Assembly: GCA_964016885.1 (NCBI GenBank)
Contig: OZ024743.1
Coordinates: 123,256,001-123,320,000, forward strand
Length of the DNA: 64,000 nt
Direction of reading: 5' to 3'
DNA from: Eledone cirrhosa
Taxonomy: Eukaryota
Below are positions 1 to 14,903 of the stretch, piece by piece. A model generated the notes under the pieces. The model was not told where the DNA came from. It saw only the letters and a list, made by a program, of their open reading frames with translations, and made no database searches. Positions within the stretch are counted from its first letter, which is position 1, and the number at the start of each line of letters is the position of its first letter. Made by a program: the position numbers and the translations under genes.

Positions 1-470
1 TGGAAGCTTATGGGGAAATGTCACGGAGCATAGCCATGTGCTGTAGCTGCTAGTATCCGCAATGAAGCAGATACGTTCAAGTATTAGTGAGAGGGCTGGT
101 GCATCAAATTATGCCTGAAGAAACTAATTCAAAACTCTTTGCCAGACGAAGCAATGATTCTGCTTCCGAGAGTATAGTTCATTACAACGAACTACTCAAC
201 ATGGTGAGCCAATTCAAGGACCTAATAATGTAAGTGATATTTTATTAACTGAACATTTACGTGTAACATATAACGGCGGAACGATTTTACCTTACGTTTC
301 TGCTAATGGTAGCAATAGAATGCTTTTTTTGTTTGTGTTGTTTTTGCAATTTAAATATAGTGAATTCCTGGAATACTATAAATACTGATTTTCGGACAGT
401 ACGTTTAAAGCAGTTCCACCTCTTTTTTATCAGTTTTATGTGAGTAATACGGCTATTGGTGGGTATTTTC
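1..470 (+). pseudogene. Decayed Mutator/MULE transposase fragment
   Basis: About 389-442 translates FSDSTFKAVPPLFYQFYV, matching the MULE first catalytic-Asp motif DGTFxxxPxxFxQLY. Upstream frames give LPREYSSLQRT and NRMLF. Multiple stops and frameshifts. Confidence 0.6.
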
Positions 471-529
471 AGTCATAACATATGAACGCACACACACATA
501 GACACACACAAATACATGCACACCTACAT

Positions 530-567
<38 letters not shown>

Positions 568-693
568 GTACAGACACAGACACACAAACATATGTATATA
601 TACATAAATATGAAGTAAACATTACAATACAACGGGAGGAAACAATATTATCACTGACGATGTCACAGGTGTGTGACGAAAGAACTCTGAGAG

Positions 694-728
<35 letters not shown>

Positions 729-904
729 ATATATATCTTTAACTGTTGGTGAATCAGTGATAAACATTGATTGCCAGCTAAGATAAGTATAGGTATATAA
801 AATATACGGAAGTGAAAACCAACCCAAACCAAACATTGAGTGTGTTATTATATATTTCTGGCAATATTATAACAACATGACGCTCCCCAAATATACAACA
901 CACT

Positions 905-1048
<144 letters not shown>

Positions 1049-1338
1049 TATAGATGGAGAGAGAGAGATTAAAAGTGAAAACAAAAAAGCTATGGGTTAA
1101 TGCTTAATTAATCCATTGATTTACGATCGCTTCAATGGGTGAAATGAACATGATAATATTGATATATTGACTAATCGATTGCAGTTATTTAAAACCATAT
1201 TAATAGAAACGTCAGAACACATCCATATCACCGTTTATCATAAGCAATAATATCCAACAACATATAATAAATAACATTCTTCCACATTATATTGAGTTCT
1301 AACAGCATTATAAATCCTAACTTAATTAGATAATATTA

Positions 1339-1413
<75 letters not shown>

Positions 1414-1476
1414 AAAGTAACATTAAGAAAGATCGTGATGCTACATAAATATATATATATATAAACATATATGTAT

Positions 1477-1507
<31 letters not shown>

Positions 1508-1510
1508 CAC

Positions 1511-1558
<48 letters not shown>

Positions 1559-1874
1559 ATGTGTGTGTGTGTGTGTGTTGCAAAATAGAAAAATAAATCG
1601 TGTTGAAAACGCGCTAAATAATTTTTTATTTAAATTCGCAACTATACGAATGTTGCTTTCATCTTATTCAATGATTATGGAGTAAAATTCATAATCTAAC
1701 CATACTTACGAAATAAATATAGTCGGCGACATTTGCAATATGGTAATAGCCTTAGCATCCGTACTTGTCTATGAACAAAACGTGTATCAGGTGCTCATAA
1801 AAAATCATTTGATCCCCGTCCACCCTACAGAGAAAGCATATTTGTTAATCATGATCCGTTGATTTCGAATGTAT

Positions 1875-1937
<63 letters not shown>

Positions 1938-2483
1938 TAATAAAAGGAATTCCAACGTTGTCTGATTTACTCGTTTTATTTACAATCCTTTAAAATTATA
2001 ATGATATCATAATGAAAGAGTATGGTAGAATATTAAGTGTTAAATGTTAATTTAACAAGTACTTTCATGCTTTCGCATGAGTCAAGTTTGCAATTTTCGA
2101 CTGTAATGTGATGGCTAAAATCTGTGCCTTATATACAGTAAAAAGGGGCTACAGAATCCTAAGTTTTGCAAACTGTATTTCGACCAATCGTTGTGTAGTT
2201 TTACTAGATTACTAAAGCTGATTGGTTTTAGGCGTCATGGTTGGTTTAGCATGTCTAACGACTTCTATTTGACCCTATCCAAAGCGCCAATTGTTTTGCT
2301 ATTTTTAGAAATGATGAAAATACCATTTTCTAGGGTTTTTATTAAAAAATCTTCAGTAATCATCAACATCAACAACACTTTTATTATTATTATTATTATT
2401 ATTATTGTTGTTGTTGTTGCTAGTGATGGTAGTCGACATGGTCGTAGGCGTAGTCATAGTAGAAGTAATACCCCTAAGCATTA

Positions 2484-3113
2484 TTATTGTTCATTTAGCT
2501 TGGGTTGGAATTTATCAATAAAATTCTTTTCTTTAATTTTTCTTTTGATTTCACTTGGGCTGTGTAGTTTGTAGAATGGTAATTTGGTACTAGCCATCTC
2601 TTTTGTAAATTGGAGAGATGGGTGTAGGTTATTCAGGAGGATATTGAACTCATCCAGAATATCTAGAGATTCTGCCCAGATGATGAAACAGTCGTCAAGG
2701 TATCTCTTCCAAGACTGTTCAATGTACTTTCTAAATTCAGTGCTATATTTTTCCTCTATTTCTTGGTAGAGTTGTTGTTCTAAGTATCCCATTACAGAGT
2801 TCGCGTAAACGGGAGAAAACTTCGTTCCCATCGCAGTGCCTCTAATTTGGATGTAATTCTTTCCATTGAAGGAGAAAGTGTTGTTTTCCAGAATAAGTCT
2901 GACTGCGTCTAATATAAATGGCGCTGTGAATCTGGTGGGAATCACTTCTCTATGTTTTTCCACCAAGTATTTAACCGCCTTTATTCCTAAACCATGTGTA
3001 ATGTTGGTATAAAGGCTTACCACATCAAAACTAAGTAGAAGTGAATTCGTTTCCGTGGTTTTGGGAAGATGGACAGGAAGTCGATATCATCCCGGATGAA
3101 ACTGGGTATGTGC
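2484..3113 (-). pseudogene. PLE reverse transcriptase core (inverted arm), fused by deletion to the endonuclease C-terminus
   Basis: Motifs SFDVVSLYTNI, QIRGTAMGT and WKRYLDDCFI. After TKLPF it jumps to YKLHSPSEIKR via a CCATTC microhomology. Confidence 0.9.
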
Positions 3114-4216
3114 GCCATTTATATTAGACGCAGTCAGACTTATTCTAGAAAACAACACTTTCTCCTTCAATGGAAAGAATTACATCAAAATTAGAGGCAC
3201 TGCGATGGGAACAAAGTTTGCTCCCGTTTACGCGAACTCTGTAATGGGATACTTAGAACAACAACTCTACCAAGAAATAGAGTAGTAACAAATTACCATT
3301 CCTAGATATAATAGTAATCAAAAACGACACCTCCATTACCACGGATATATACTATAAACACACAGACACCCATCAATATCTGAATTTTAAGTCGTGCCAT
3401 CCACCTCATACAAAACGCAACATCCCATACTGCCTAGCCAGAAGAATTTGTATCATTATAGAAGATACGAATACCAAGAACAAACGCCTAATAGAACTGA
3501 GAGAACTTTAATAACAAAAATACCCATCTCTACTTATAGAAAATGGCATACAGCGGGCTATAAAAATACCTATACAACAGCTTAGGACAACCCAAGGAAG
3601 AAGAAACCAAGAACTGGTCATACCATTTATAATGACACACAACCCATGTCACCAGAATATCTTCAACACTGCCAAAGCAAACCTACCGATCATTGCTCAC
3701 AGTAATGAATTAAAAGGTTTAATCGCGGACCGATCTTTGACTCTTACTAAAAGACAGCCGAAAAATTTGAAGCAATTCCTAACAAAGGCAAAGTTTTACC
3801 TTAACAATACAGACCAATCATTCACTGTATCTAAATGCAATGACAGTCGATGTGGCACATGTCAGTTCATACGTACTGGTCAATATATGAACACAAAAAC
3901 TGGAAAAATATTCCCAAATGCAAATATGAACTGCAAAAGCAGAAATCTAATTTACTGGATTAAATGCCCGAATTGTGAAGAACTAAATGTCGGTCAAACT
4001 GGAAATGCACTATCGGAATGTGCACGGGTGCACCGACAGCATATCAGAGACCCAAATGTCCGTCAGATACCCCTGAATAACCATCTAGCAACATGTGGTC
4101 AAAAAATATTTATAATATTTCCATTCTACAAACTACAGAGCCCAAGTGAAATCAAAAGAAACATTAAAGAAAAGAATTTTATTGATAAATTCCAACCCAA
4201 GCTAAATGAACAATAA
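3114..4216 (+). pseudogene. PLE RT remnant, linker and GIY-YIG endonuclease (forward arm)
   Basis: The GTAMGT region is repeated and YLDD is deleted at about 3281. The thumb is frameshifted. ORF 3632-4216 has CNDSRCGTC, LIYWIKCPNC, NVGQTG, RVHRQH, HLATC and PKLN. Confidence 0.9.
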
Positions 4217-4616
4217 TAATGCTTAGGGGTATTACTTCTACTATGACTACGCCTACGACCATGTCGACTACCATCACTAGCAACAACAACAACAACAATA
4301 ATAATAATAAAAGTGTTGTTGAATAAAAGTGTTGTTGATTTTTTAATAAAATCCCTAGAAAATGGTATTTTCATCATTTCTAAAAATAGCAAAACAATTG
4401 GCGGATAGGGTCAAATATAAGTCGTTAGACATGCTAAACCAACCGTGACGCCTAAACCAATCAGCTTTAGTAATCTAGTGAAACTACACACCGATTGGTC
4501 GAAATACAGTTTGCAAAACTTAGGATTCTGTAGCCCCTTTTTACTGTATATAAGGCACAGATTTTACCCATCTCATTACAGTCGAAAATTGCAAACTTGA
4601 CTGTCACCACTGAATA

Positions 4617-4655
4617 TGAACCTGAAGATTGCGAAAGCATGAAAGTACTTGTTCA
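4617..4655 (+). ncRNA. Minimal type I hammerhead ribozyme in PLE 3' end
   Basis: TGAAC-CTGAAGA-t TGC gaaa GCA t-GAAA-GTAC (palindrome)-TT-GTTCA. Confidence 0.8.
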
Positions 4656-4833
4656 ATTAACATTTAACACTTAATATTCTACCATACTCTTTCATTATAA
4701 TATAATTTTAATTTTAAAGGTTTGTAAATAAAACGAGTAAATCAGACAACGTTGGAATTCCTTTTATTAATATAATCTTTTATACACAATCATACACACC
4801 CGTGGATATATATATATATATATATATATACAT

Positions 4834-4910
<77 letters not shown>

Positions 4911-4933
4911 TATATATATATATATATATATAC

Positions 4934-5019
<86 letters not shown>

Positions 5020-5267
5020 GAAATACTGTTGGCCAAGACTGCTGCTATGGTAGCAGGCAGGCCGCTGTCTTATTAGCAAACCACTTTCCACTGATTGACC
5101 TCGATGTCACGTGATTGATTCTTTTTGAATTTGCCACCGACGCAGAGACAGGGATTTTCTCAATGGCTAGGAATTCAGTCCACGCTTTGCTATTTTCTAT
5201 CCACTGAATTATTTTTGAATAAGTTTCCAGAGTCCACGCTTTGCCTGGATACTTAGCTGAGAATAGT

Positions 5268-5347
5268 CTTCCCTGACGACGAAATGATTCTCTATGCTTT
5301 CTTCGGAAAGTATATTTATTCCATTTCAGAAACTAGTTAGTTGGAAG
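5268..5347 (+). ncRNA. Type I hammerhead ribozyme with long stem II capped by a cUUCGg tetraloop, within a TA-flanked repeat (about 5018-5460)
   Basis: CTTCC-CTGACGA-c GAAATG...TGCTTTC TTCG GAAAGTA...CATTTC a-GAAA-CTAgtTAG-TT-GGAAG. Confidence 0.75.
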
Positions 5348-5514
5348 TGATATTTTAGTAAGTAAGTTAATTTTATAATTTTCTTGTTTTACGTCTCTCA
5401 TATTTTTGTTCTGCAGCCCCATGCATTGAACCACAAAGTTACTAAGATAAAACCTATATATTTGCTAGCATTGATATGCATCTGTATGTATATATATGTT
5501 ACTAGATATTAATT

Positions 5515-5545
<31 letters not shown>

Positions 5546-5725
5546 GGAACGAGTAGCACTCCGACGGCTGAGCTCAAGCCGTTTCGAGTCCACAATTAGT
5601 CGTCGAAACGGCTTGAGCTCAGCCGTCGGGGTCCTACTCGTTCCTATTACCCACTCTACTACCATAAGTATTGAGTACTTTGGTGCGTTATTGTCCACCT
5701 GGTTCCTTACCACATTTCCTTCGTT
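5546..5725 (+). mobile_element. Short fold-back PLE end, family A
   Basis: Matches the 3' end of the 60836-63434 element. The inverted arm starts TAGGAAC and the forward arm ends TTCGTT, with (TA)n on both sides. Confidence 0.88.
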
Positions 5726-5746
5726 ATATATATATATATATATATA

Positions 5747-6010
5747 CAATATTAATAAATGGAAACTATATTTATAAAACCATATTTATTTCATTATATA
5801 TATTTCAAGGATACCAAGTTAAATCATGGTATGCCTTCATCAGACAAAATACAATCCTTGAAATATATATAATGAAATAAATATGGTTTTATAAATATAG
5901 TTTCCATTTGTTAATATTGTATGTTTACTCCAAATATTTGTCGAGTGCTTTATATCAGTTATAATAATATTTGCTTGTTGTATCCCAACAATTTAAATAG
6001 AACGTTTGCA
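5747..6010. mobile_element. Short fold-back PLE end, family C, with a hammerhead on the minus strand (5787-5851)
   Basis: Inverted repeat 5747-5812 / 5855-5919 plus a ~90-nt tail. Minus strand reads TATTTTGT-CTGATGA-AGGcATACCA..TGGTATCCTt-GAAA-TATATA-TA-ATGAAATA. Confidence 0.8.
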
Positions 6011-6038
6011 TATATATATATATATATATATATATTTT

Positions 6039-6119
<81 letters not shown>

Positions 6120-8175
6120 TGGAAGAATGATACACAGAAAGAGAGACGGTGACAGGTATATATTGACAGAGGGAGTGAGTGGAGGGAGAGAGGGGGATGA
6201 AGTGGGAGATTTAAAATAAATCGCATTTTATTAATATAATTACTTTTAATATGAAGTGCTGCTCCTCGGACTTTCACGTTTCATTGACGTTAATCCGAAT
6301 GCTAAATTTCTTGTTATGTTTTTAATTAAAAACATATATACATAATAAATGTGAGCTAATTTAGTGAGTTTCCTTTCCAAATAGTATATTGAGAACATGT
6401 GATTTGTATTTACTGTAAGCTTTAATATCCTAGACATACATTTTTTATACAAGACGATAACTGTTAATTTGTCAAAGTATTAGACATTCTTTCGACGTGT
6501 GAAATACTATTAGTTGTGGCTAATAAGGGAAACCAGTACCTATTAGTCTTCCAGTTAGAAATAATAACCAAATATCCCTAAAATTACATCCTACCGTTTA
6601 AGAATTTAAAACATACTATGGATAATATTAAATTAAATATGAATAAAAGCCAGCGGGGCATAGTTGGATAACTTTTGATCATATGTCTGCCTTGGTTTGG
6701 GCTGATTTGAGGCTAAATAAGTTACTGAAATGTTTTATTTTTAGGTGGACGAAGTAATGTCTCTCCAGGTTGAACACCAATGTTGGCCACCATGTGTCGT
6801 TGCAGGTATTCGGGCTACGTTTTTGCTCTAAGGTAAAAGAAAAACACCATCCCTTCTTTCTCTGACTATTACAATTGTAGGGACTGATATGACATGCCAA
6901 ACCATCTAGCTTTGCCTCATACTGTTTCTTCTCTCTGAATTCTTTGTTGAAAATTGTTATATTGACTTTGTTTACCGTCTTTCCCAGAGATGCTTTTCAC
7001 GAAACGCAGCCTAAGGTGAAAGAGCAGTAGTGCCTGTAAAAGCTCTATTAATTGCTGGTCTTTTCTATATTTCAACACCATTGGGGTGGTGGATTGGCAG
7101 AATTGTTAGGGTGTCCGATAAAAATACCAATGCAGTTTTTATTCTTGCTTTTTTACATTCCTAGTTCAAATCCGGCAAAAGCCAATTAACTTTGCTTTTT
7201 ATCCTTCCGGGGCATACAACATAAAAAACCTGTCAAGTACTACAGTTGATTTAATCAAATTTGCCTGACCTCCAAAATGTGCTTACAATTTGCCTATGTT
7301 AGGAATCAATATATAAACGCTATGTGCCATTCACCTCCTCAGACTCTACATTCTCGGTGTCCTCTCTATGTTTTCAGCAAAGTATCTCGAAAAGATCACC
7401 AGAATTCTTCAGCTACATCAAACATTTATTTTCTCATTAAAATACCATTATCATTCTGCATGCCACATGACTACCACACTAAAGACCACCACCCTAACAC
7501 CAAAATATTCACACCGTAGTATCATTTCCGTAATGTCACTACTACTACTACTACTACTACTGCAGAAGCAGATACCGCTGCTGCTACTGCTGCTGAAGCA
7601 CTACTACACCTTCACACGACCACGAAATTATTATTTCTATACATTCTAATACTACTAACAAGTCTAGTATGTATCAACAATAGTTCCTTAATGAAACATC
7701 ATACTCATTATCTCAGTCAAGTATACATTCTGTAATTACTGCAGCACACCATTACACAATATTATGATGGATTACCCCCATGTCAGTTTCGACAATGGGC
7801 ATTCAGTTATCGATCAACTGAACGTCTCACTCGTGGATTATTAACATATAAGAGGTCGTTTGTTCCTCAGGTGCCTGTACCGTTAATGTAAGTTCCAAGC
7901 TGAATTAGTGTGAACACTTCACAAGGCAGAACCACTGAATTACAGGTATAGTCCATCAGACGCGCTTCCATGTTCTCTGTCTACACAGAAAGGCGTGGGT
8001 CAAACCAAGTCCATGGTAAAGACACTTGTCGAAGATGCCACGCATTGATATCCATGCAACTTCTTACTATTCTGCCATACCAGCGTTCACTATATTATAA
8101 ACTTAAAATTATTATATCCAACTAATCTATAACTACTAAACCTCACAAACGTATCACATATCTAATGAACCATTA

Positions 8176-8549
8176 TTGGCAGTATCGGTAGAGAGTAGGA
8201 CGCCATGCTTTGCCGCATAGAGTTACGGCCCTTGCCATTCTGAGTTCAAATCCCGCCGAGGTTAACTTTGCCTTTCATCCTTACGGGGTCGATAACATAA
8301 AGTACCAGTAATACACTGGTTAATTGCTGGCCTTGTGCCTAAAGTAGAAACAATTATATTATGGATTGGCAGTATCGGTAGAGGGTCGGACGCCATGCTT
8401 TCTAGCATAGAGTTACGTCCCTTTGTGATCTGAGTTCAAATCCCGCCGAGGTTAACTTTGCTTTTCGTCCTTACGGGGTCGATAAAATAAAGTACCAGTA
8501 ATGCACTGGTGTAATTGCTAGCCTTGTGCCTAAAGTAGAAACAATTATT
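8176..8549 (+). mobile_element. Two tandem copies of tRNA-derived SINE family 1
   Basis: A-box TGGCAGTATCGG, B-box GAGTTCAAATCC, core GCCTTTCATCCTTACGGGGTCGATAAAATAAAGTACCAG and an (ATT)n tail. An older copy lies at about 7088-7310. Confidence 0.88.
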
Positions 8550-9026
8550 TAGTCGGGCATGAGGCCAAAAGGAAGAAGATGAACAAGATAGTTAGATAAC
8601 ATCCATAAGCTCAGCTGGTATCAGGAACAATTCCTCAAAATATGTTGGGTTGGTCATGACTAGATAGTCTTAGAATGGGATAGCTCAATATTTTAGAAAT
8701 AATTGCGAAATCGGGCTCATATCATACGCTATAGTCTTTAAAAAAATGAAAGACACTAGATAAAGTAGTTTTGGTTATACAATTGCTGAAAATAAGTCGG
8801 GATGGTCATGGCTAGGAGGTCTTAGAATAGGATTGCTGAATTAGTTGACCTGGAGCTAATGAACAACAGCAACAACTGCGATTGAAATGCTACTACCATA
8901 GTGTCACATTACGTTTCCACCACAAAAAGTAGTACATCAAACATAGAACGGAATATACCATTAGGAAAGCAAAAAAATGCTTCCTGCGTTAGTTTTACTT
9001 TGGCTTCACCATTGCCAACTAAGCTT

Positions 9027-9065
<39 letters not shown>

Positions 9066-9206
9066 GGCGGATGATGAGGAGGAGGAGAATGATGATGATC
9101 ATCAACATCATCATCATAACCATCATCATCATCATCATCATCATCATCACAATCGTCATCATAATCATTTTCCTCATAATCATCTTTAACGTCTTCATAA
9201 TAATAA

Positions 9207-9421
9207 TAACTGGTTTCTTATATAGGCAGGCACAAGGCCAGCGATTTTGTGAGATGGAAGTCGATTAAATCGACCCCAGTGCGTGACTGGTACTTTATTT
9301 TATTGACCCCGTAAGGATGAAAAGCAAAGATAACCTCTGTGGGATTTGAACTCAGACCGTAAATGGCCGTAACTCTATGCTGCAAAGCATGGCATCCGAC
9401 CCTCTACCGATACTGCCAATC
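9207..9421 (-). mobile_element. SINE family 1 copy between (CAT/GAT)n tracts
   Basis: Reverse complement of the SINE consensus. Further copies or fragments at about 11400-11590, 16817-16903, 23500-23580, 27778-27840 and 49620-49720. Confidence 0.85.
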
Positions 9422-9581
9422 CCCCCCCTCCTCCTCCTCCTCCTCCTCGCCATCATCATCATAATCAACCACAGCAGCAGCAACAACAACAAAATCAACA
9501 GCAGTGGCAGCAGCAACTTCGTCATCTCCCAAAATCATCATAAACAAGTTCATTATCATCATAATCAATTTCATTACCATC

Positions 9582-9613
<32 letters not shown>

Positions 9614-11774
9614 CATTATCATCATCATCATCATCATCAATGACAACAGCAACGATCAGTAATTGAAGTAGCATTATCTCTAGCTTAATACATCATCCCC
9701 CACCACCTCACACACACACGTGACCTCTTCCTGATATACTTTTCAAGTTTGTGTCTGTTTAAGCCTGTATGCCTCTTTAAAGGTCTGTATATCCGCTTTG
9801 GCCAGTATGTGTAAGTACGAGTCTGTTTAAACGCGACTCAATCCTGTTTTATATGAGTGCAAGTATACGCCTGTTCACCAAGTTGCGTGCGAGTATAAAA
9901 TGCATGTGTCTGTGTATTTTTGCTTGTATTTATAGTGAGTGTATATGTGTGTGTATGTGTATGTATGTGTGTGTATGTATGTGTGTGTGTGTGTGTGTGT
10001 TTGTGTCTGTGTGTGTGTGTTGCGTGTGTTTCTCTGTCTATCAGTCTCTCTCTGTTCATTTATGTGTGTACGATGAACACATGGGCTTGTTTGTATGTGT
10101 ATGCATATGTACTTGACTTGTGTTCGTGTGTGTCCAATTATTTGCATATTGAATACAGCGCATTCGTGCCTGTGCATTTATTTGTGTGTGTGTTTGTGTG
10201 TATGTGTGCGCGCGCGTGTGTGTGTGTTTGTATGTGTGTATGTGGTGTGCGCGTGTGTGTGTGCCTTTGTGTGTGTACGTGTGCGTGCGAGTGTCCATAT
10301 TTAGGCTCAGCTATGTATAATATAAATATGTACACATATATGTTTGTACTTATGTAAGTGCTGGCCCATGTGTTTGTATATATGTTTGATGAAATATGTG
10401 TGTGTATGTGTGTGTGTGTGTGCACGCACACGTGTAAATGTATGTACTTATAACAGTGTACGTATATACCTTCTACTGCATACATGTGACAAATTCCTAC
10501 GTCTCTAGTGTATGTGTAAGGTTTGGGTGTGGTAGTTGCCTCCTTCCCATTTCCCTTCATGCACACACCTACTTCAACTCTTTTCCTTCTTCTAAACAAC
10601 CTCCTTTTCCGTCATTTCAAATTCATCCGATCGAAGCCCTTCTTTCTTCTATCACTTCCTCGAGTTTCATTCGTCTTCAATTCTTTCTTCCTCTCCAGCA
10701 GATCAGTCCCTGATTATGAATGTCCCTTCTGTTTCACAGTAGTCCACCAATGTCCTTTCTTTCTCCTGTATTCTCTCTCTCTCTCTCTCTCTCGACACAC
10801 ACAATCACTTTCCCGTTTACTCGAATCTTTCTACTCTTTCACAGAATAATCGCTTTGTATCTGTATGTATGTGTGTACATATACTTACACATATCATATA
10901 TGCATACACACACATATGCATATATATATATATATACATACATACATTTGCACACACACACACACACTCATATATATATATATATGAATTACAGTAGGGG
11001 AAAATACAACCAAATTCTTTAAAAAGTGTACACACACACACACATTCACACACACATATATATATACATAAAGAATCCAATGCCATATTCATTTGGTTTT
11101 GGTTTATTAAAATCCTTTATATTAATATATATTTCACTGAGGACTATAAGTTATGGCAGCCGGGTCTCCTTAGACAGTAAACCTATAAAACAATGAAATT
11201 TCATAAAAACCTTTAAATTTGGAAAATGTTTACTTTTCTTGATACAGAGGCCCGGCCGGACGTGTGATGTTATTTCCTTAACGGTCGGCCGACGAGTATT
11301 AGTGGTGGGCGGGGAATGTGTTATGGGTTCCAGGTATTTAAGTACACTAAACATACACTGAATGAAGGGCATAATACAGTTTGTGAATTCAACATTTTCT
11401 AATAATAATAGTCTCTAGTTTAGCCACAAGGACGGCAATTTGAGACTAAGCATAACTCGATCAAATCGACCACAGGACTTGTCGACCACTTAAGGATGAA
11501 AGGCAAATTTGAACACAGCAGGATTTGAACTAAAAGGGTCGGAACAAATACCATAAACCATTTAAACTGACACCCTAATGATTCTGCCAATGGCATTGAC
11601 TGTTTGCTTTGAAATTTCCCTTGGTGCTGAATATGTTTATTTTGTGTCGAACTAAAATTACTTAATTTAAAGTTTTATATAGTTCTTTACATACTCACTC
11701 ACTAAAAATATATACACTCTGGTTTTCCATTACCAGTACAACCCCCCCCCCCTCTCCAAAAAACATACATACAT

Positions 11775-11847
<73 letters not shown>

Positions 11848-11963
11848 ATTGTTATTATTTTTGCGCAAAGAGTCAAGTTTAAACCTTTTCGATTCGATAG
11901 CAAAAAACGGAAAATAATCAGATTGTGATATATTCAATCAACAAGTCCATACGATGATTCTCA

Positions 11964-12440
11964 TCATCATCATCATCATCTTCTTCTTCTTCTTCTTCTT
12001 CTTCTTCTTCTTCTTCTTCTTCTTCTTCTTCTTCTTCTTCTTCTTCTTCTTCTTCTGTCGGTGGGACGGTGTCCTCAAACATTAGTTCCAGCGAGTCTTG
12101 TCAGAAGCAACATTTTCCCAACTAATCCAACTGGATCCCCAGGCGAGACAAGCCGAGCTCATGAATGTTATCCAACCGTCTTCTGTTGCCCGTAAAATCT
12201 GTCTAGCCATTATTTCCTGAGACATTCTAACCACATGCCCATAGTATCGGAGTTATGATCTCTCAATTCGGAGAAGTAGCGACTCTACCTGGAGTGACTC
12301 TCTGATCTTCGAGCTTCGCACTCTATTGAGTAACATTACTCCAAAGATCCTTCGGAGAAACCCATTTCGGTGGTTTGTATTCGCGAACGTTTCTTTCGGT
12401 CAATATCCAAGAGTCATGACCATAGATAAATGTTTGGCAC
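11964..12440 (-). mobile_element. RTE-type LINE 3' fragment with (GAA)n tail
   Basis: Minus strand gives YGHDSW, LQVESLLLRIERS, LRYYGHVVRM and a Trp-rich end, followed by (TTC)n at about 11981-12056 on the plus strand. Confidence 0.65.
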
Positions 12441-13935
12441 GAACACCGAATTAAAGGTAGCGGTATACGATAATTAACAGGGTAAACGACAGTATCTAAA
12501 AAAAGAGTAAAAATCAGTACAAGTAGCAAAAGAAACTGGAATAATGAAGTGGTCAATGAACAGTAGGATCTGACAATCATATATTTAGTGCGGTTAAAAG
12601 TTATTTGTCTGGAGGGTAAACCAGTGTTTTTTTGTTGGTCACTTATCTGAATTACATTTTATGGTCTGATATGTGTGGCGATAATGTGTTAATGTAGTTG
12701 TGCCACCACCTGTGTCTACCTGTGAGTTCTAGTTGATGTGTGTAGTTCAGCTGTCATTGCCTTTTGATTAATGTTGGAGAAAAGTAAAAAAAATGTATTA
12801 TATGTAGATGCATGTTTTTTGTAGGTGCTGTGTTGACGTTACGCAATGAGTGGGTTCTATGTTTGGTAGATAATTTGTATAGGATATTAGATTGGTATTA
12901 TGGGCGTACTGTAGAAGAATTTGGTTATGTAATTGTGTTGGCTATTGCTGAAGGGTGTAGATATTATAATAATATTTTATTTCAAAATATTCAAATATAT
13001 TTCTCGGATAAAATTACACAAAAATAATATTTAGTCAAACATATAGAAAAAGAAATTAGCATTCGAAAATATAAATGGTATAAATGAGAGGAAAAGGAGG
13101 GAAAGGGCAAGGATTATTAGGCAACGAAAGAATGGGTGAAAGGGAGAGTGTGACAGACTCTACACCAAAGTCAGAGCGGTGTTTCGGTTGCGTCCCGCAG
13201 TCAAAATGGCATAGATATTTCCGGGGCCAATGGCTGACTTGCGGGGCTCCTTCCTTAGATAGGTTGTTATCTTCCGAATTTACAGAGAAGGACAGCTTAT
13301 ACGGGGTCCGAGGATGCCTGAGGTCTCGATGTTGGCCGGTACAATATATATATATAGCGAGAGAGAGAGAAAGAGAGAGAGAGTGGGAGAGAGAGGGAGA
13401 GAGGGGGTGGGGGTAAACAAGAGAAACACAACGTCGTATGACGTTCACGCTTCCGAATGAAGATAAAGAAAAAGAAATAGGATGTAAAATAATGTTCCGA
13501 CGTATCGGACATAAGTTCTTCTTCGGGAAATATCAAAGATTGGGGAGTAAGAGAAAGCTAGAACAAGGGAGGCTGGAAGGTTGCGAAAAAACGTGAAGAT
13601 GGTGAGGAGGGTAGGTCAGTAATCTGGCCTGGGGGGTATGGGGGCTGAGCTGGAGAGTCAAGGTGTACCTCAAATAGATATATATATATGTATTATGTAG
13701 GATCGATCCCGATGTAAATCGGGAGGCGACCACTGTTAGAAGGGGTACTTAATACGTTAGTAGAGTATAGGTGTATTCATTTCATTATAGAAAGAAATGA
13801 CTTCTACAGGACTAGAACAGTTTTATTCGTAAGAAATCATCGGGAAAAGTCCTGATGATTTCTTACAAATAAAGCAATTATAGTGCTGTAGAAGTAAATG
13901 CATATATATATATATATATAAATATATATATGTAT

Positions 13936-14009
<74 letters not shown>

Positions 14010-14151
14010 ATATATATATACATTTATATATTTACATATACCGAAAATTAGGGGCGTATATATGATCTAATATGCACATTCACAAAAACAAGCATAAATA
14101 CTTTATGCGTGTATATAAATTCATACATACACCTCTTTCTCTTTCTATCTC

Positions 14152-14219
<68 letters not shown>

Positions 14220-14303
14220 CTTACATGTAAAATACATATAAAAATATATAGAGATGTGTTTGTGTGTATATGCATGATAGATAGAGATAGATAAGGTAGA
14301 TAG

Positions 14304-14412
<109 letters not shown>

Positions 14413-14730
14413 AGATTTTAAAAGGGTGTGAGAGATTGAAAAACAAAAGAGAGATTGAAGAAGAAAGATGACTGTTCGAGTTTACAACAGAAAATCCCAA
14501 TTCTATTTTGTCATTGTATTCTATTTTAAGACAATCCTCTTCAGCTGTCCCATGCCACTCCTATTGTTTCTCCTTTCATGTATTCATCCTTTATATCTTA
14601 GGGTGGCTCGGAATCAGGATATCTTTGTTCGTGGATTACTCTAAGATGGATTTGGATCTCTGTGTGAATGTTTTTCAAGATTTGTAGAGAAATGACGACG
14701 TCAAGAATAACAATGTTTTCCGTTTAATAC

Positions 14731-14779
<49 letters not shown>

Positions 14780-14846
14780 TGTGCGGGGCGGGGGGGGGTC
14801 TGTGTGTGCGAGCTTATGTGTTTGTGTATGTGTGTATCTATCTGCC

Positions 14847-14884
<38 letters not shown>

Positions 14885-14903
14885 TATATATATATATATA
14901 TAT

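Larger units (their letters stand above)
1937..4806 (+). mobile_element. Penelope-like element (Neptune-like Cys linker) with inverted duplicated 3' part, inserted in (TA)n
   Basis: 1937-2580 is the reverse complement of about 4121-4772. There is a ~30-nt unpaired tail at 4773-4806, RT and GIY-YIG coding fragments inside, and (TA)n on both flanks. Confidence 0.92.

Noticed and set aside
8176-8260. tRNA genes suggested by A and B boxes
   Set aside because: No complete cloverleaf; these are SINE heads.
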